From the NCBI RefSeq assembly GCF_044704955.1, contig NC_091999.1, forward strand, positions 11,346,001 through 11,410,000: DNA of 64,000 nt, given 5' to 3'. Shown here in pieces: positions 13,413-25,200 of the stretch. A model generated the notes under the pieces. It had not been told where the DNA came from, ran no database searches, and saw only the letters and a program-made list of their open reading frames with translations. The first letter of the stretch is position 1; each line of letters begins with the position of its first letter. A program made the translations under genes and the position numbers. The stretch is from Pristiophorus japonicus. Taxonomy: Eukaryota.

Positions 13413-14940
13413 TAAATATCTCTGCATGGGAACATGCATAGGCCAGTGGTATAGTGATGTCGCAACAAATATGCAGCATACCTGAGTAGAAATACTTAAA
13501 CACAGGATGGCTAAAACCTGTATCCGACGTACGAAAAGCTAGATGGGAAGCAATGCTTTTACCCCCCTTCCCCCCAACTGGATGGTAATCATAACGGAGG
13601 CAGAAGATCATCAGTGTAGCGCAAGAGGAAAAGATGAGGGAAGTACTCAGGTGAGTGAAACCCCGCTTGAGGAGATAGACATGGACCTATATGCAGATGG
13701 TTCACGGCGCTATTTCAACGGGACACCACGGACGGGATGGGTTCTGGTAGCTGGCAGCGGACAGGTCAAAAGGGAAGGACGGTTAGAAGGGGATCTATCA
13801 GCTCAAGTGGCTGAATTACTTGCTCTCACTGAGGCTCTGAGGCTGGCTAGGGGAAAAAGAATAACCATCTATACATATAGTCGACATGCTTTTGGAGGAG
13901 TGCATGATTGTATGATGCAGCAGACAAGGAGGGCGGATTAAACATGAGGAGAATGTTAAAAAATGGGTGTAATCCTCCCTCCTACCCCAGCAGTGTGCGA
14001 TAATAAAGGTCAAAGCGCACATAAAATTACTGATCAACATCAACAGGGAAATGCATGTGCAGACGCGGTAGCCAAGCGGGTAGGGCACCAAGCACAGTGA
14101 AGGGGAATCCCAGGTAGGAGCAAGTACAATCGGGCCTGAGGAATTAAACAAGCTTAAGGTACAGAGAGAAGCCACTCCACAGGAAAAGGAGTGGAAGCAG
14201 CGAGGAACCCAACAAGGTACCGGCGGGATATGGCGAAAGATGGCAAAGTGGTGCCGCCAGAATTTATACCACGGGTGTGTCCATGCAAATAGAACCAACA
14301 TGATAAGCTGGAGGTATCCACGGGAGCCTACTGAATTTCCAGATGCTGGTGGTGGAAGAGAATGTGTAGCGACACAGCGAAGCACTGTAAAAGGTGCCTG
14401 ATATGCGCAAAATGCCACCCGGGGGGAAAGTAAAGGTCAGAATGCGAAAGCATCCACGACCGAGAGTACCCTGGAGAACTTGCAGATAGATTTTACTGGA
14501 TTACTACCCAGCAGCAAGGGGAAGACATGCTACCTGGTGATAATAGACCAGTTTGCGAAATGGGTATAAGCTATTGCTACAAGAAAATGTTAAGCAGGAA
14601 CCGTGGCCAGGATCCTAGCAGAAGACATAATAGCACGAGGGGGAATGCCGTTACAGCTGAACTCAGATCAATGTAGACACTTCACAAGGAAGATAATGAT
14701 ACAGGCCTGCGCTTTACTAGGGATCAGGCAAAAATATCCCACATCATCCAGAATCTTCCAGATTGGGGTAACGAATGAATAGGACCTTAAAAGCGGCCCT
14801 AGTCGAGGCAATCGAAGAGACTGGAAAGGGATGGGTAGAGAGGTTACCCCAAGTACTGATGAAGGTCAGGGTAACCCATGGTCGGACGACAGGACTGACA
14901 CCCTTTGAAGTGATTACTGGAAGGGCAATGAGACTGCCAG
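13413..14940 (+). pseudogene. pol: Retroviral RNase H and integrase remnant
   Basis: RNase H: LYADGS...SAQVAELLALTEAL..ARGKRITIYTYSRHAFG.VHD. Integrase: ENLQIDFTG, VIIDQFAKWV, LNSDQ, RMNRTLK and TGLTPFEVITGR. Confidence 0.88.
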
Positions 14941-15299
14941 ACGTCTTGATTTCAGGAAGTGAGGACGTTGGACCATGCAGAGAGAATGCGGAAATTTTTA
15001 ATGGAACTCTGTAAGCAGTTACATGACTTAAAGGCAAAGCTAGAGATCAGCTAATAATATAGGACTTAGATAACGACACAAAGGAACAGAAAGTCCAAAT
15101 ACCCGAAATCGGCAGTCAGATGATGGTGAGCATTACCAAGAGATGCCCGGGATCGCACCCAAATGTACTGGACCCTATCATGTAACAATGTAAGTTATGG
15201 TGTTTATAAGGAGCATCAGCAAGTGGAAAAAACATGGTCACTACCTAATTGGTGACGACCTGGGAAATATTGATTTATTGCAGGACTCTAGTGCTCATG

Positions 15300-16490
15300 A
15301 AAACAACGTGGTATAACGCAGCCTCATATCAAGGACAACAGGCTGAGGGACGGCAAGGTTTCTATTACAGGGACTCGGTCAATATTAGTTTAATAAATAA
15401 TCAAAAAAACTGATGGTGACTGACGGAGCAACAGTAGACTTAAATAACGGGCATAAATCAATGTAACAAGGAAACGAAATAACACTGGGGAAGGGCGAGA
15501 AATACGGGACCAATAAATCGTGGGAATAAGACCATGGTGTGTTTTATAATGAGAAGGGACAAAGATACTGCACCCGGGGAAAGCGGGTGCAGATTTCGCT
15601 CAACATACTAGAAATGGTAGGCGCGGGATATGCACTGGATACATGGCAGGATACGTGGTGAGATACGTGACGGGATATGTGGCAGGATTCGAACCGGGAG
15701 TTGCAATGTTAAACTCTATAGATGATCGAGTGATGCCCTAATACGAACCATGCAGGGATTGTTGGAGAAAAATGTAGAAGAAACTCGCATGTGGCCCCAT
15801 CCCGGAATGTAACTGAAGAGAACAACAATACTAAGTGTCTCAGCATAGATGATTGCTATAAAAATAACCAAGTTGCTTTATGTCGAGATCCACTACAAAT
15901 GATCAAAGATGACTGTGGAAATGACCACGTGGACGGTGGACCTTGAGTATTACCTCCCCCTCGCCCCCCCCCCCCCGCACCCCGGCGCCAACACAGGACA
16001 ACGAAATTATCGATGTTCCACGAGGAAATGGAGATTGATATGTGAGCACCACGGCAACTGAAATGACGAAAGGAACACCTCATGCACCATTATGTATACT
16101 GTCTTCAGCGTTACTCCGCTTGACGAGACAGATATAAAGAGGTTTATTATAACCCCTGAACTAAAGGAGGAAACGATCGATGATGGATATTACCCCAGGA
16201 GGTTATGCGAAGGCCATCGGGCCAAAGTGAAAACCGATACTCGAACTGAAAGAGGAACAAACTCGACTGATTTGCACACCATTCGACAACATAGAGGATA
16301 TTCCAGGCGGACAGAAATTCAGCAGAATAGCTAAGACCCCAAGTGGAGGAAAGATAGAAGAAACAGTGAATACCCCTGGCATAATTCGAACACGGAGAAA
16401 ATTTTGGCTAGAAAGAAATTATACATGAACTATGCTCGACTCAATGTACTGGCTGTAGTGGAAGGGAACTCATCTTGTTAGTATTATCCT
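15300..16490 (+). pseudogene. env: env-like remnant
   Basis: Lies after integrase. A furin-like RGKR at 15575-15586 is followed by a Gly-rich hydrophobic segment ending GVAMLNSID. Many stops and frameshifts. Confidence 0.5.
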
Positions 16491-16743
16491 GTAAGATCGT
16501 GAACCGATGTAAGAGGCAGCCCCTAGCCCGTACTATCGTTAAAACATTGGAAAAAAAGGAAATTAGTCAGTCAGGCAGAAAATACTTATTTAGTATAACC
16601 TTGATGGGAAAGCCAACAGGTAGGTCCTGTAGTTCAGCAAGTAGCACTACTTAAGCGAAAGGATAAACCTGGAAGCGCACCCATGAGGAATTACTTGGTA
16701 AATGGCCTATCTTGGGCATACAGCAAAGGACCATTGGAGGGAA

Positions 16744-17232
16744 TTTTTGGAGATTTGAATTGTAGCAGGCAAAAGAGCAGAGAGCTAGGTGGTCATAAAA
16801 CAATGCTGAAGGTGGGGAACTAATCAGTATTAGGAGGGTTTGAGGAATTGCCTATGTATGTGACACTTTACTATGTAGGTATAGCACATTTAGAATGCGT
16901 TAAATTATATCCTTAACCTTAGGAACACATAACAAGTCAGCAGTTACAAATTTGATTAGAAGTCTACGAGGAAGAGATGCGAAAACGTGTATTTTTAGAA
17001 CAGTTACTTTAGGCGACATACAGACTGTGGCAAAGTACAAATGAAGGAATAACACAATGATGGGAGATGGACAATTGCATGTACTACTCAGAGCCAGTCT
17101 GATAAGAGTCGACAAGTCAATGTAACTCTGCTGATAGCAATACAACTATTGATGATTTTGGAGGAGGGTAGCTCCTCTCCGAAACCTGTCTAAATTGTTC
17201 TCGTAACCTCTTCTATTTTGAAGGTTCCACGA
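16744..17232 (+). repeat. Putative 3' LTR of the ERV
   Basis: Follows a purine tract GGAGGGAAT. The termini are degenerate and no 5' LTR is visible for comparison. Confidence 0.35.
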
Positions 17233-17804
17233 TTGAAACTTACCTTGCATTGCTCGAAATAAAGCAGGTTAAACCTAAGGTTTAGCTTGTTTACTTCCAT
17301 GGTCGTTACACGGAGGGCAAAGGGCGAGGTGTCGATTACCTGTATCAGGTAGTCCGCCCCGAGGAACAGAAGCATTCCTTTTAGCCTAACGCCATTGTCC
17401 CACATGCTCTCCCATGTCCACATTCCAGCTGATAATGTCATGGTCATGGATCAGCTGGAGTCAACTCCGGTCAGCCCGGAAAAAGTTCGTCAGTGGAATG
17501 AACACTTTGTTTTATGTCCCTGAAAGTTATATTCCTGCCATCCTGTCTGGGTTGTGGTTGAATCCAACTTCGGTTAATTAGCCACTGCGCCACCCAGTGT
17601 CTCGCCCAGAGCAAAGTCACCTTTACCTGTGCCTTATTAAATCAAGACCTAGAGGTGGAATGACGACACTGCGACCTCGCAGTCACCTCTAATATTATGG
17701 TCTGTCAAGGTCACAGGCCATTTTCGAGTAAAGACCAGGTATATGCTGCATCACAGCTTGATACAGAACAATATCTGACAGAGTAAATCTCCCTCCACAC
17801 TAGG

Positions 17805-17930
17805 TTACAACAGCGACTACAATTCAAAAAGTACTTCATTTGCTGTGAAGCGCTACGGGATGTCGAGTGGTCTGGTGCGCCTTCTAAATGCAATTCTTTC
17901 TTTCTTCTTTTTTCTTTCTTTCTTTCTTTC
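17805..17930 (+). mobile_element. SINE/LINE 3' tail fragment with (TTTC)n
   Basis: Similar to the 3' part of the SINE at 48325-48690. Confidence 0.6.
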
Positions 17931-18444
17931 TATAAAACCACGCACAAGGCAGGTACAGCACGGGTTAGATATGCAGGCATACAAAGGACCACAAACCCCG
18001 GGGATGATTCCCAGAGACTAGGCCTAAGTGACAAAAATAATCTATCGCGATCGTTTACCTTTGCACACTCAGCAACCGAAGGCAGAGAAGAAAACAATAT
18101 AGATTTTATTTGCGGAAGATGAAACGCGGTGTCCACAGGTACATTTGACGCTTTCTGTGGCCGATTATCACCGCTGGATAGATGTTGTGTAATGGACGGG
18201 CAGATTCAAATTCTTATGGGATATTAGTTTCGTTTTGTTCAGGACAAGTGTGCGAGTGGAGTCCTGTTCTAGGGAAGTGCACGTTAAGATATATTTTTGT
18301 TTTAGATTCGCCATTTTATATGTTCAAATGTTTCACAGAGAACGAGGCAAAATTGTCCCAGCATTGGGATAACCATTTCTACTCCTTTCCAATCTGTGCA
18401 ATTCCCATTTACCCTGACTTCTGGCTCCTCTTTCCTGGCGATCT

Positions 18445-18790
18445 TACTCCCTGCTTTGCTCCAATCCCTCTGATAGCATAACTGTGAATCCACAGAGCAA
18501 GCATTACCCAGCGATGACTTCCTCCCTGCTCTCTTCCATTCCATCTGATACCATATGCCTGAACTGATTGAACACGGCACAGGGATCTTTTATCCCTTCT
18601 CTCCTCTGTTCTTTCTTAACCATGTACCTAAAATCACTGAACATCACCCCGGATATCATTTCTGCCTGCGCTGCTCCATTGCTGCTGATATCACCTGCCT
18701 GAACTCACTGAACATCATCGCAAGGGATCCTTTCTCCCTATTCTCCTCCAATCCCTCGAATAGCATCTCCTGAAATTCACTGACCATCAC
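18445..18790 (-). repeat. Degenerate ~72-bp tandem repeat (5 units) with coding-like pattern
   Basis: Units translate as MVSEFQEMLFEGLEENRE, MFSEFRQVISAAMEQRR, MFSDFRYMV, VFNQFRHMVSDGMEESRE and FTVMLSEGLEQSRE. Confidence 0.6.
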
Positions 18791-20424
18791 CACAGGAATC
18801 CGCCAGTGAACTTCAGAACTTCGCTCCCTGTTTCACTGATGTTTCGCTCCAACTCCTTTATCGTTTTATCGTAATTTGCGGGATCACTGACCGCATTAAC
18901 GTCTCCAGAGGTTTCTCTATAATATTCCTTCTGGTTTGGCGCTGCTTTTCCTCTAAACTCCCGGAGTTCTGGCGATAGGTCTCTTGTGGTTGGATAGCAC
19001 ATCGGCTTAAAGTGGAAAAGAATTAGCGGCACTACTGCATGGATCGGAAGGAAGTTTGGCAATAGGTGAAGTTGGTATTTAAACGATGCCTCTGCCACAT
19101 TCTCTCTCCCTCCCGTCCAAGCTACAATTAACTTTAGCAACCAATACTTTGTCCCCACATGTTCTTTCCTTATCCAGGTTCAGGTAATCTCTGGCGGTGC
19201 AGGGCCCCTTTAAGACGCCCCGGGTTGGCACCTGCTCCTGGCTTCGCAGCCCTGTGTCAGGGGTGAGAGGCTGCATAAACTGGGGATTTTTACCTATGCG
19301 TGAGCGCTGGAGACTGCCTGTGTCCACAAACCGTGCTTGAATGATAAAGGAGCCAATCAAGGTGATGTGACGTATTGCATGGTTTGTGACATCATCCACT
19401 GCAGGTTATAACGGCGGCGGCCATGTTTGTGTGAGGTACAGTCGGCCATAATTGAATGACGTGCGCTGTGACCTGTGACTTCAATACGCATTCTTAATAA
19501 GAATGAAAAAATATGCGATAGCGATAAAGATAGCACGCTCAAAGCTGCTGGAGAGTTGCGCGTGTGCGAACAATGCTCCTGTAGTGCAGCACAGCCCGTG
19601 CTCTACACAGGGACTTTTGTGACCCGCTTTATATTGGGTGAATTTCTGTCCTTCATAGCTGCTTCAATCATTCACAAGATGTGATCGAAGTGAAATACAG
19701 AATATCAATTTATTTCAATATCCTTAGGCATAACTGCAACACAGAGGGGGCTCTCCTTAAAGGTTTTACTAATGCACGGCAGTGAAATGAGGCAGCCATA
19801 TACCGAAGCAGCAAGATTAGCGAAAGCATTAATAAATCTCTATTCCTCCATCGACCTCCCGCAACATTCAATCATTTTTCTCTTTCATGTCCTCTCCCAT
19901 TCGGTTGCTTATTTCCATCACTTCTGTTATCAACTTTGGACAGTTGCATCCAACCTTATGGGAAAATAAATAATGTCAGAGGATTTCCCCGCCCACCTCA
20001 GCACATTAAGTAGTCAGATTTGAAGAAATACACGGAATGAAATATGGAAATATGAATAGATGGAAAATGGGAACCAGATCCTGCCTTATTAACGGGGCAA
20101 TGAGCAGCAGATTCCTGGCGCTGTCAGTAACCTTTTACTCGCAGCTGATCTGAGCATCGATCCATGACTTTAAGGGAAAACAGCTGATCAGAAGCAGAAA
20201 GGACAGTTTAACCGACAATTTAACTGTGATCGATCCTTCGAGCCGATTGGATTCTGCAGTTTGTTTTTGCGGCAGCTTCTGGAAACATTTGGGTGGCAGT
20301 TTGATCCGAGGTTAATTAGGTTTCCGCTCGGTGTGTGTTTGAGCGCCTGACAGCGTGCTGCATATTGTGGCTGCGATTCCACACAACCCCAACAGACAGG
20401 AGCTCCGCCCTTCAATCCAATGGT

Positions 20425-20924
20425 AGTTTTGGTACGGGGTGAGACTGTTTTCCGTCACTGTGTGTCAGATAGAGCGCAGTAATACACGGCAACATCAGTC
20501 AACTGCAGCTCGTGAATGGTTAAACTGGTGAATTTATTCGCGGTCTGGAGAAGTTCGGAGAAACGGGCTGCTGCAAATTCTGCTTTATATTCACCACCTC
20601 CTGAAGACTTACTCAGTATAAACTCGGGCTGTGTGTCTGAGTGTTGCCATTGTAAATTATAGTAGCTCAATGTAGTATCATAGGTACAACTTAAAGTCAC
20701 CGGTTCTCCTTCTCTCTTAACTTCTGAGGGCAGAGGCTGAGAGACAGAATCTCCTTGGCTCAGATCTGAAAAACATGTTTAAAGAGGAAAAGATGAGGCC
20801 GCCAGGTGATTAAAATTCCACTTCAAACCATGTTTGTGAAGTGACAGAACAGATGACATGTGTTTGGTCCTCAATTACCTGTCAGAAGTGCCCCCCACAC
20901 AATCCACATCCTCAGTAGCCGCAT
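20425..20924 (-). CDS. TCR alpha/delta-type V segment; open frame with a 2-codon FR2 deletion
   Basis: Leader 20924-20879 (MRLLRMWIVWGALLT), GT-AG intron, V exon from 20765 (DSVSQ...VTLSC...LQWQH...DVAVYYCALSD). RSS: CACAGTG (20462-20456), 22 bp, ACCAAAACT (20433-20425). Confidence 0.88.
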
Positions 20925-21020
20925 TGTCACTGTCCGTTCTTTAAATGGTGGGATGGATATTTGAAGACACCTGCTCTAACCACCAACTCAATGATTTGCT
21001 GTCGTGTCTCAGAATGCTCT

Positions 21021-21032
21021 CACGTCACTTCC
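21021..21032 (-). promoter_or_regulatory. ETS-CRE composite element upstream of the V leader
   Basis: GGAAGTGACGTG about 100 bp 5' of the ATG at 20924. Confidence 0.55.
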
Positions 21033-22342
21033 TTGTGTCAACAGTGGTGCTGTGAGACCGTAAGGTGGAGAGGTGGCTGCCAGTGAATGGAAACACGCTG
21101 AGCTGAGCTACAGTCAGTGTTCTTATAGGGGACTGCTTCCGCATTTAGAGACCGGTGGTGGAAATTAAATCCTTGCCTGTTCATTCCGAACGGAAAGCTA
21201 ATGATTGTTAATTGGGTTTGTTGTAGCGGGATCAATGCGCCCCAGAGTGGGTTTAGGGCGGTTTCACAGCCCTGCAGAGTGAGTTGTCGATCGGGTTCAG
21301 GGCCGCGAGGGTGAGGTTTAGAGCGCGATCTCGTTAACAACAGCTCAACACGAACAGTGACTAAAAAACTGTCCTTGCAACTTTCAGTCGTATTACAAAC
21401 AGATGCGGTGGAGAAAACTGAACAATATATGTGAGGTTTTGGTTTGTCTTTCGCCCCTTTAACATCGATCTCCACCATCGGTACAGCTAATGCCTTCAGA
21501 AATCAAATCTCAGGATGTGTCTTTAATTAATGTGTTAACATTTCACCCATCTTCCACATACATCTGCTCACTTGTCCTTTCAAATTGTTAGTATCATAAG
21601 TCAATCTTTGGATGTGATGGATGTCTTTTGTGATGATTATCGCCGATATGCCGACCCAGCCTATTGCACCTTTCAAATACTAATCTTCAATGTATTCCAA
21701 AATGGTACCGCTGTTGTGAAATACGACATGTAATGCAATGCCCGGGGTCTGAGCCAGAAAATGAATATTGCAACCAGCCGCCTTCTGGTGGATATTGTGA
21801 GAACTGTTGAGATGTCGGTGCACATTATATGAGAACTTCTGGACTGAAATTCCTCTCGGGCAGTGGCACGCGACTGGTGGTATCAGATCGGCCACCCGTT
21901 GTACACAGCGCCGGATAATCAGCTCCGCGGACGGATACGAATGTTTTGCCACTGTGTTTATTGATTGCTCTGTCTCAGTTCAAATTAGGGAATCTCGGAC
22001 GGTGCGGTTCTTAATTAATCAGCCGAGCAGCATCAAAGATTTCTATAATTAAACGAAAGACTGAAGGAAGAAAATTCCTACGATTATGGAAAAAGAGTGG
22101 AAACAATTGATGAGAAGGGACAGGCAGGCATAGAAAGCACATCGGAAGGTTAAAGGCACCACAGATGCGTTTGTGCAATGTATTTTTATTATAAAGGTGA
22201 GTTAATATCCCCAAATAATATAATTCCGCCGATGGACATCTCCGATTTTTGTTGAGAGTTTTTGTTTTGTTAACATTTTAAGATTGTCCCTGTGACTCTT
22301 ACTGTGGCGACTGAGTAGCCTCTGATGGTTAGCATTGTAAGT

Positions 22343-22356
22343 GCGCCCTCTGGTGA
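22343..22356 (-). promoter_or_regulatory. CTCF-like motif 24 bp downstream of the RSS
   Basis: TCACCAGAGGGCGC. Confidence 0.65.
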
Positions 22357-22380
22357 GCACGAACTTGAACTCTCAGTGTA

Positions 22381-22540
22381 GGCTTTTGTATGGGAACCAC
22401 AATATCTCAACAGCAGTGTGGGGCTCATTGCCCAGACATACACGGCGGTGTCGGAGATCAGGACATGTTGATTGTTAGCTCAGTAATCTTGGTAGTTTGA
22501 TCGAACGCGGCAGAGAATCAGTCTGTGAAGTCTCGGTTTC
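22381..22540 (-). pseudogene. V 3' fragment (same family as the 43408 V)
   Basis: DFTD*FSAAFDQTTKITELTI...SDTAVYVWAMS. RSS: CACACTG, 24 bp, ACAAAAGCC. The 5' part is replaced by a CR1 fragment. Confidence 0.8.
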
Positions 22541-22880
22541 GGTGTTTTATACAGTTCAAGAATGACCTCCTTGTTCTTCTCTTCCATGCTCCGACTAACA
22601 AAGGCAAGCATTCCATATGCTTTCTTAACTAACTTATCAACCTGGCCTGCTACCTTGAGGGTGCTATGGGTCGGCATTCGAAGGTCCCTGAGTTCCTCCA
22701 CACTTTTCAGTGACCTACATTTAATGAGTATTCCCTTGGCTTGGTCGACCTCCCCAAATGCATTGTCTCACACATATCTGCATTGAAATCAATATGCCAC
22801 TGTTCCGTGCGCCTGACCAGGACATTGATATTGCCCTGCAATCCGCAGTTTTCTTCTTCACTTTCAATCATACTGCTTAT
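22541..22880 (-). mobile_element. CR1 RT C-terminal fragment
   Basis: QVDKLVKKAYGMLAFVSRSMEEKNKEVILELYK. Confidence 0.8.
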
Positions 22881-23953
22881 TTTAGGAAGTGAGGGGGAAA
22901 CTCAAAACGGTATGTCTATGAAATTATTAAAAGTAATTGGGGCGAGGTTTAGAGGAGATTTGCCGGAAAATTTATGCCAGATGTACAACGGGTATCGATG
23001 GCTATCGGGCACTCGTTATCCCCGAGCAAGTGGTTCAGTTTCTATCAGGGTTACTTCAGTGCAGCAAACACAGAGAAAGGAATCACTGGAAGCGAGAAAT
23101 GCAGGACCAAGCAATACTGACTGTCTGGAGGTGTGCACAAAGATTACGTGCATTAATTTCAGCATAGTGTAATGGCGCCTCCTGGTAGGTTCGGGTAGAT
23201 ATAGAACCTTATCAGCAGATATTTGGCACACATCAGACTCAACAATACAATGTAAAACCTACACTCGCATAGCCGAATCAGAACAATACATATTCATATT
23301 CTGCTCCGAAACATTACCAGCACAGTCAGTTGATGACGGTAAGATATTTTATCGAATATTGTATCAATATATTGGTTTGAATGTAAAGCTAGTAGTTCAG
23401 TTTAATTCACTCACAGTCACCAATCAAACTGTGGTCATTGACGGGGGTTCGGGATTAATTAACCCACTGCTGGCGCACACAAGAGGTAGACTTTATTTGT
23501 GAAAATCTCATCTGAAATTTATTTTAATGCAATGGCAATCTCATTCTTTTACACTGCATGACTGTTTCGTTAGAATTATAGACCAGAGGAAATCTACCCC
23601 ACAGCGTGGACATCTCGGTGTAAATACGATTGTTACAGGAGAATGAAGTAGATCAGTTTTCACACACCGGCATAAAATAAACAAATGCTCAGTAAAGTGA
23701 TGGATTCGGCCCATACCAAATACTTTGCGCATTGACTGTTTGGCTCCAGGGTGCGATACTTAATGCTGTGACTGTCAGTATCTCTGATCATACCCGCTAT
23801 GAAATTGAAGTTATAGAGTCACACCTTGTGGTAACACAGCCTGCGGCAGTCCCGCCCACAGCTTCCGTTTGCTGCTCTCACTCGGAGTCGCCTTACCTGT
23901 CCTGTGTTATTGGAGAGACTGCTGAAGCTGTTGGGGACTGTAAATATGAGGGA

Positions 23954-24421
23954 GGTTTTTGTACATTGACTGCCGGGTTTCCTCTCAGCCTGCGGCTCCA
24001 TCACACAGTAATAGACAGCGGTATCCGCGCACTCTGAGCTCTCAATGGCCAATTGGCCGCGTTTCTTCTCAGGGGAAATATCCAATTCAAATCGGTCCCT
24101 TCTCATTTGGCCAACCGATAATCTCTTTATTACCAACTCAAGTTTCTGACTGGATTTCTGTTTGTACCATTGCATGAAGAAAATGCCTTTCATGTCATAG
24201 CTGCAGTTTATGTGCACCGAATCCCCACTCCGGACTGTTATTGCAGCTGGAGACTGCAGCACTCGCTCCGAGAGAAAACGATCTGTAAAAACATTCAGAC
24301 AATAAAACACTGCAGTAAGCTGAATAAAAAACACTGTGGGTTGTCGAATACAGCTCCTGTACCTCCTTGTTAGCAGCACCAGAATAAACGGTAACAGATT
24401 CACTTGTACCGAATAATACAT
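23954..24421 (-). pseudogene. TCR V segment: intact V exon, out-of-phase leader, defective heptamer
   Basis: Leader 24421-24363 is 59 nt (phase 2), then an 80-nt intron and a V exon from 24282 (VLQSP...INC...WYKQ...DTAVYYCVMEP). RSS: CAGGCTG, 23 bp, ACAAAAACC. Confidence 0.85.
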
Positions 24422-24984
24422 TCTTGCGATTATGATGTGAAGAAGGAAACGGCACTCAGCTCGCATCAGAAGACCTCGGATCAACGCCTCCAGCACGTGG
24501 GTTTGCTGCTCTTGGATTGGCTGTAAATGTGCATTGTTCATCCGCGATTCACATACATACCTGCCGGTAGTCTCATGACCAGCAATTTGCTCTCCTCCTT
24601 GTGGGGAGGGCGGGTGTAAATGAGGTGAAGCGCATTCTTTTTTGATAGTGACGATCCGAGGAGACATATTTGGCGCTGGGTGTTTGTAACTAATTAAAAC
24701 TCTAGCTCATACTTTCCTTGCAGAATTGATGGAGCCTGTAGAAGTCTACGCCACAAAGGATTCAACACCTTCAGGACAGTCTGAAAAACCACTTCCTTAC
24801 AGAATGGATGGATGCTTTGGATCTGTAGCCCAATATAATAACAACTGGTATCCAACCTTTCTATTACATAGCGGACACCAACAATGCGACTACTCAGCAT
24901 GTGAGTTGTGTGGGAGGCATTTCTGAAAATCCAAGCTGGTGTTTCGATGAAGGGGCCAATGCCCCCATCTTGACTCCAATTGAT

Positions 24985-25200
24985 GTGGTGGAAGACGCCT
25001 GTGCGTGATTTTTTTTAACATGTGGTGATGGTTGCAAACCAGCCACCACATGGGCTTGACAGAGCTAGGCCTTTATCCAGTGGTCAGGATTAACCAAGAC
25101 GACTAGAGACCATCTTTGCTGCACGGACCCAGCAGGCACACACATCGCAGTGTGGGCTGGCCCGTGCTGCCCCTGGACCCTCGGCCTTTCTGGGCCCCGC
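24985..25200. mobile_element. Interspersed repeat (RTE-related SINE-like), copy 1
   Basis: CCAGCCACCACATGGGCTTGACAGAGCTAGG... recurs at 42100-42360 and, inverted, at 56640-56900. Confidence 0.65.

Larger units (their letters stand above)
7798..17232 (+). mobile_element. Decayed endogenous retrovirus (class I/epsilon-like pol), interrupted by a CR1 at 8716-13407
   Basis: Ordered remnants: gag-like coiled coil and a knuckle relic (~7800-8285), RT (8296-8710), tether/RNase H (13413-13941), integrase (14380-14940), env-like (15300-16490) and a putative 3' LTR. Confidence 0.8.

Noticed and set aside
17300-17520. Possible Gypsy RNaseH-integrase linker relic (VMDQLESTPVSPEKVRQW)
   Set aside because: The resemblance is short with no supporting catalytic motifs, so it is too weak to call.
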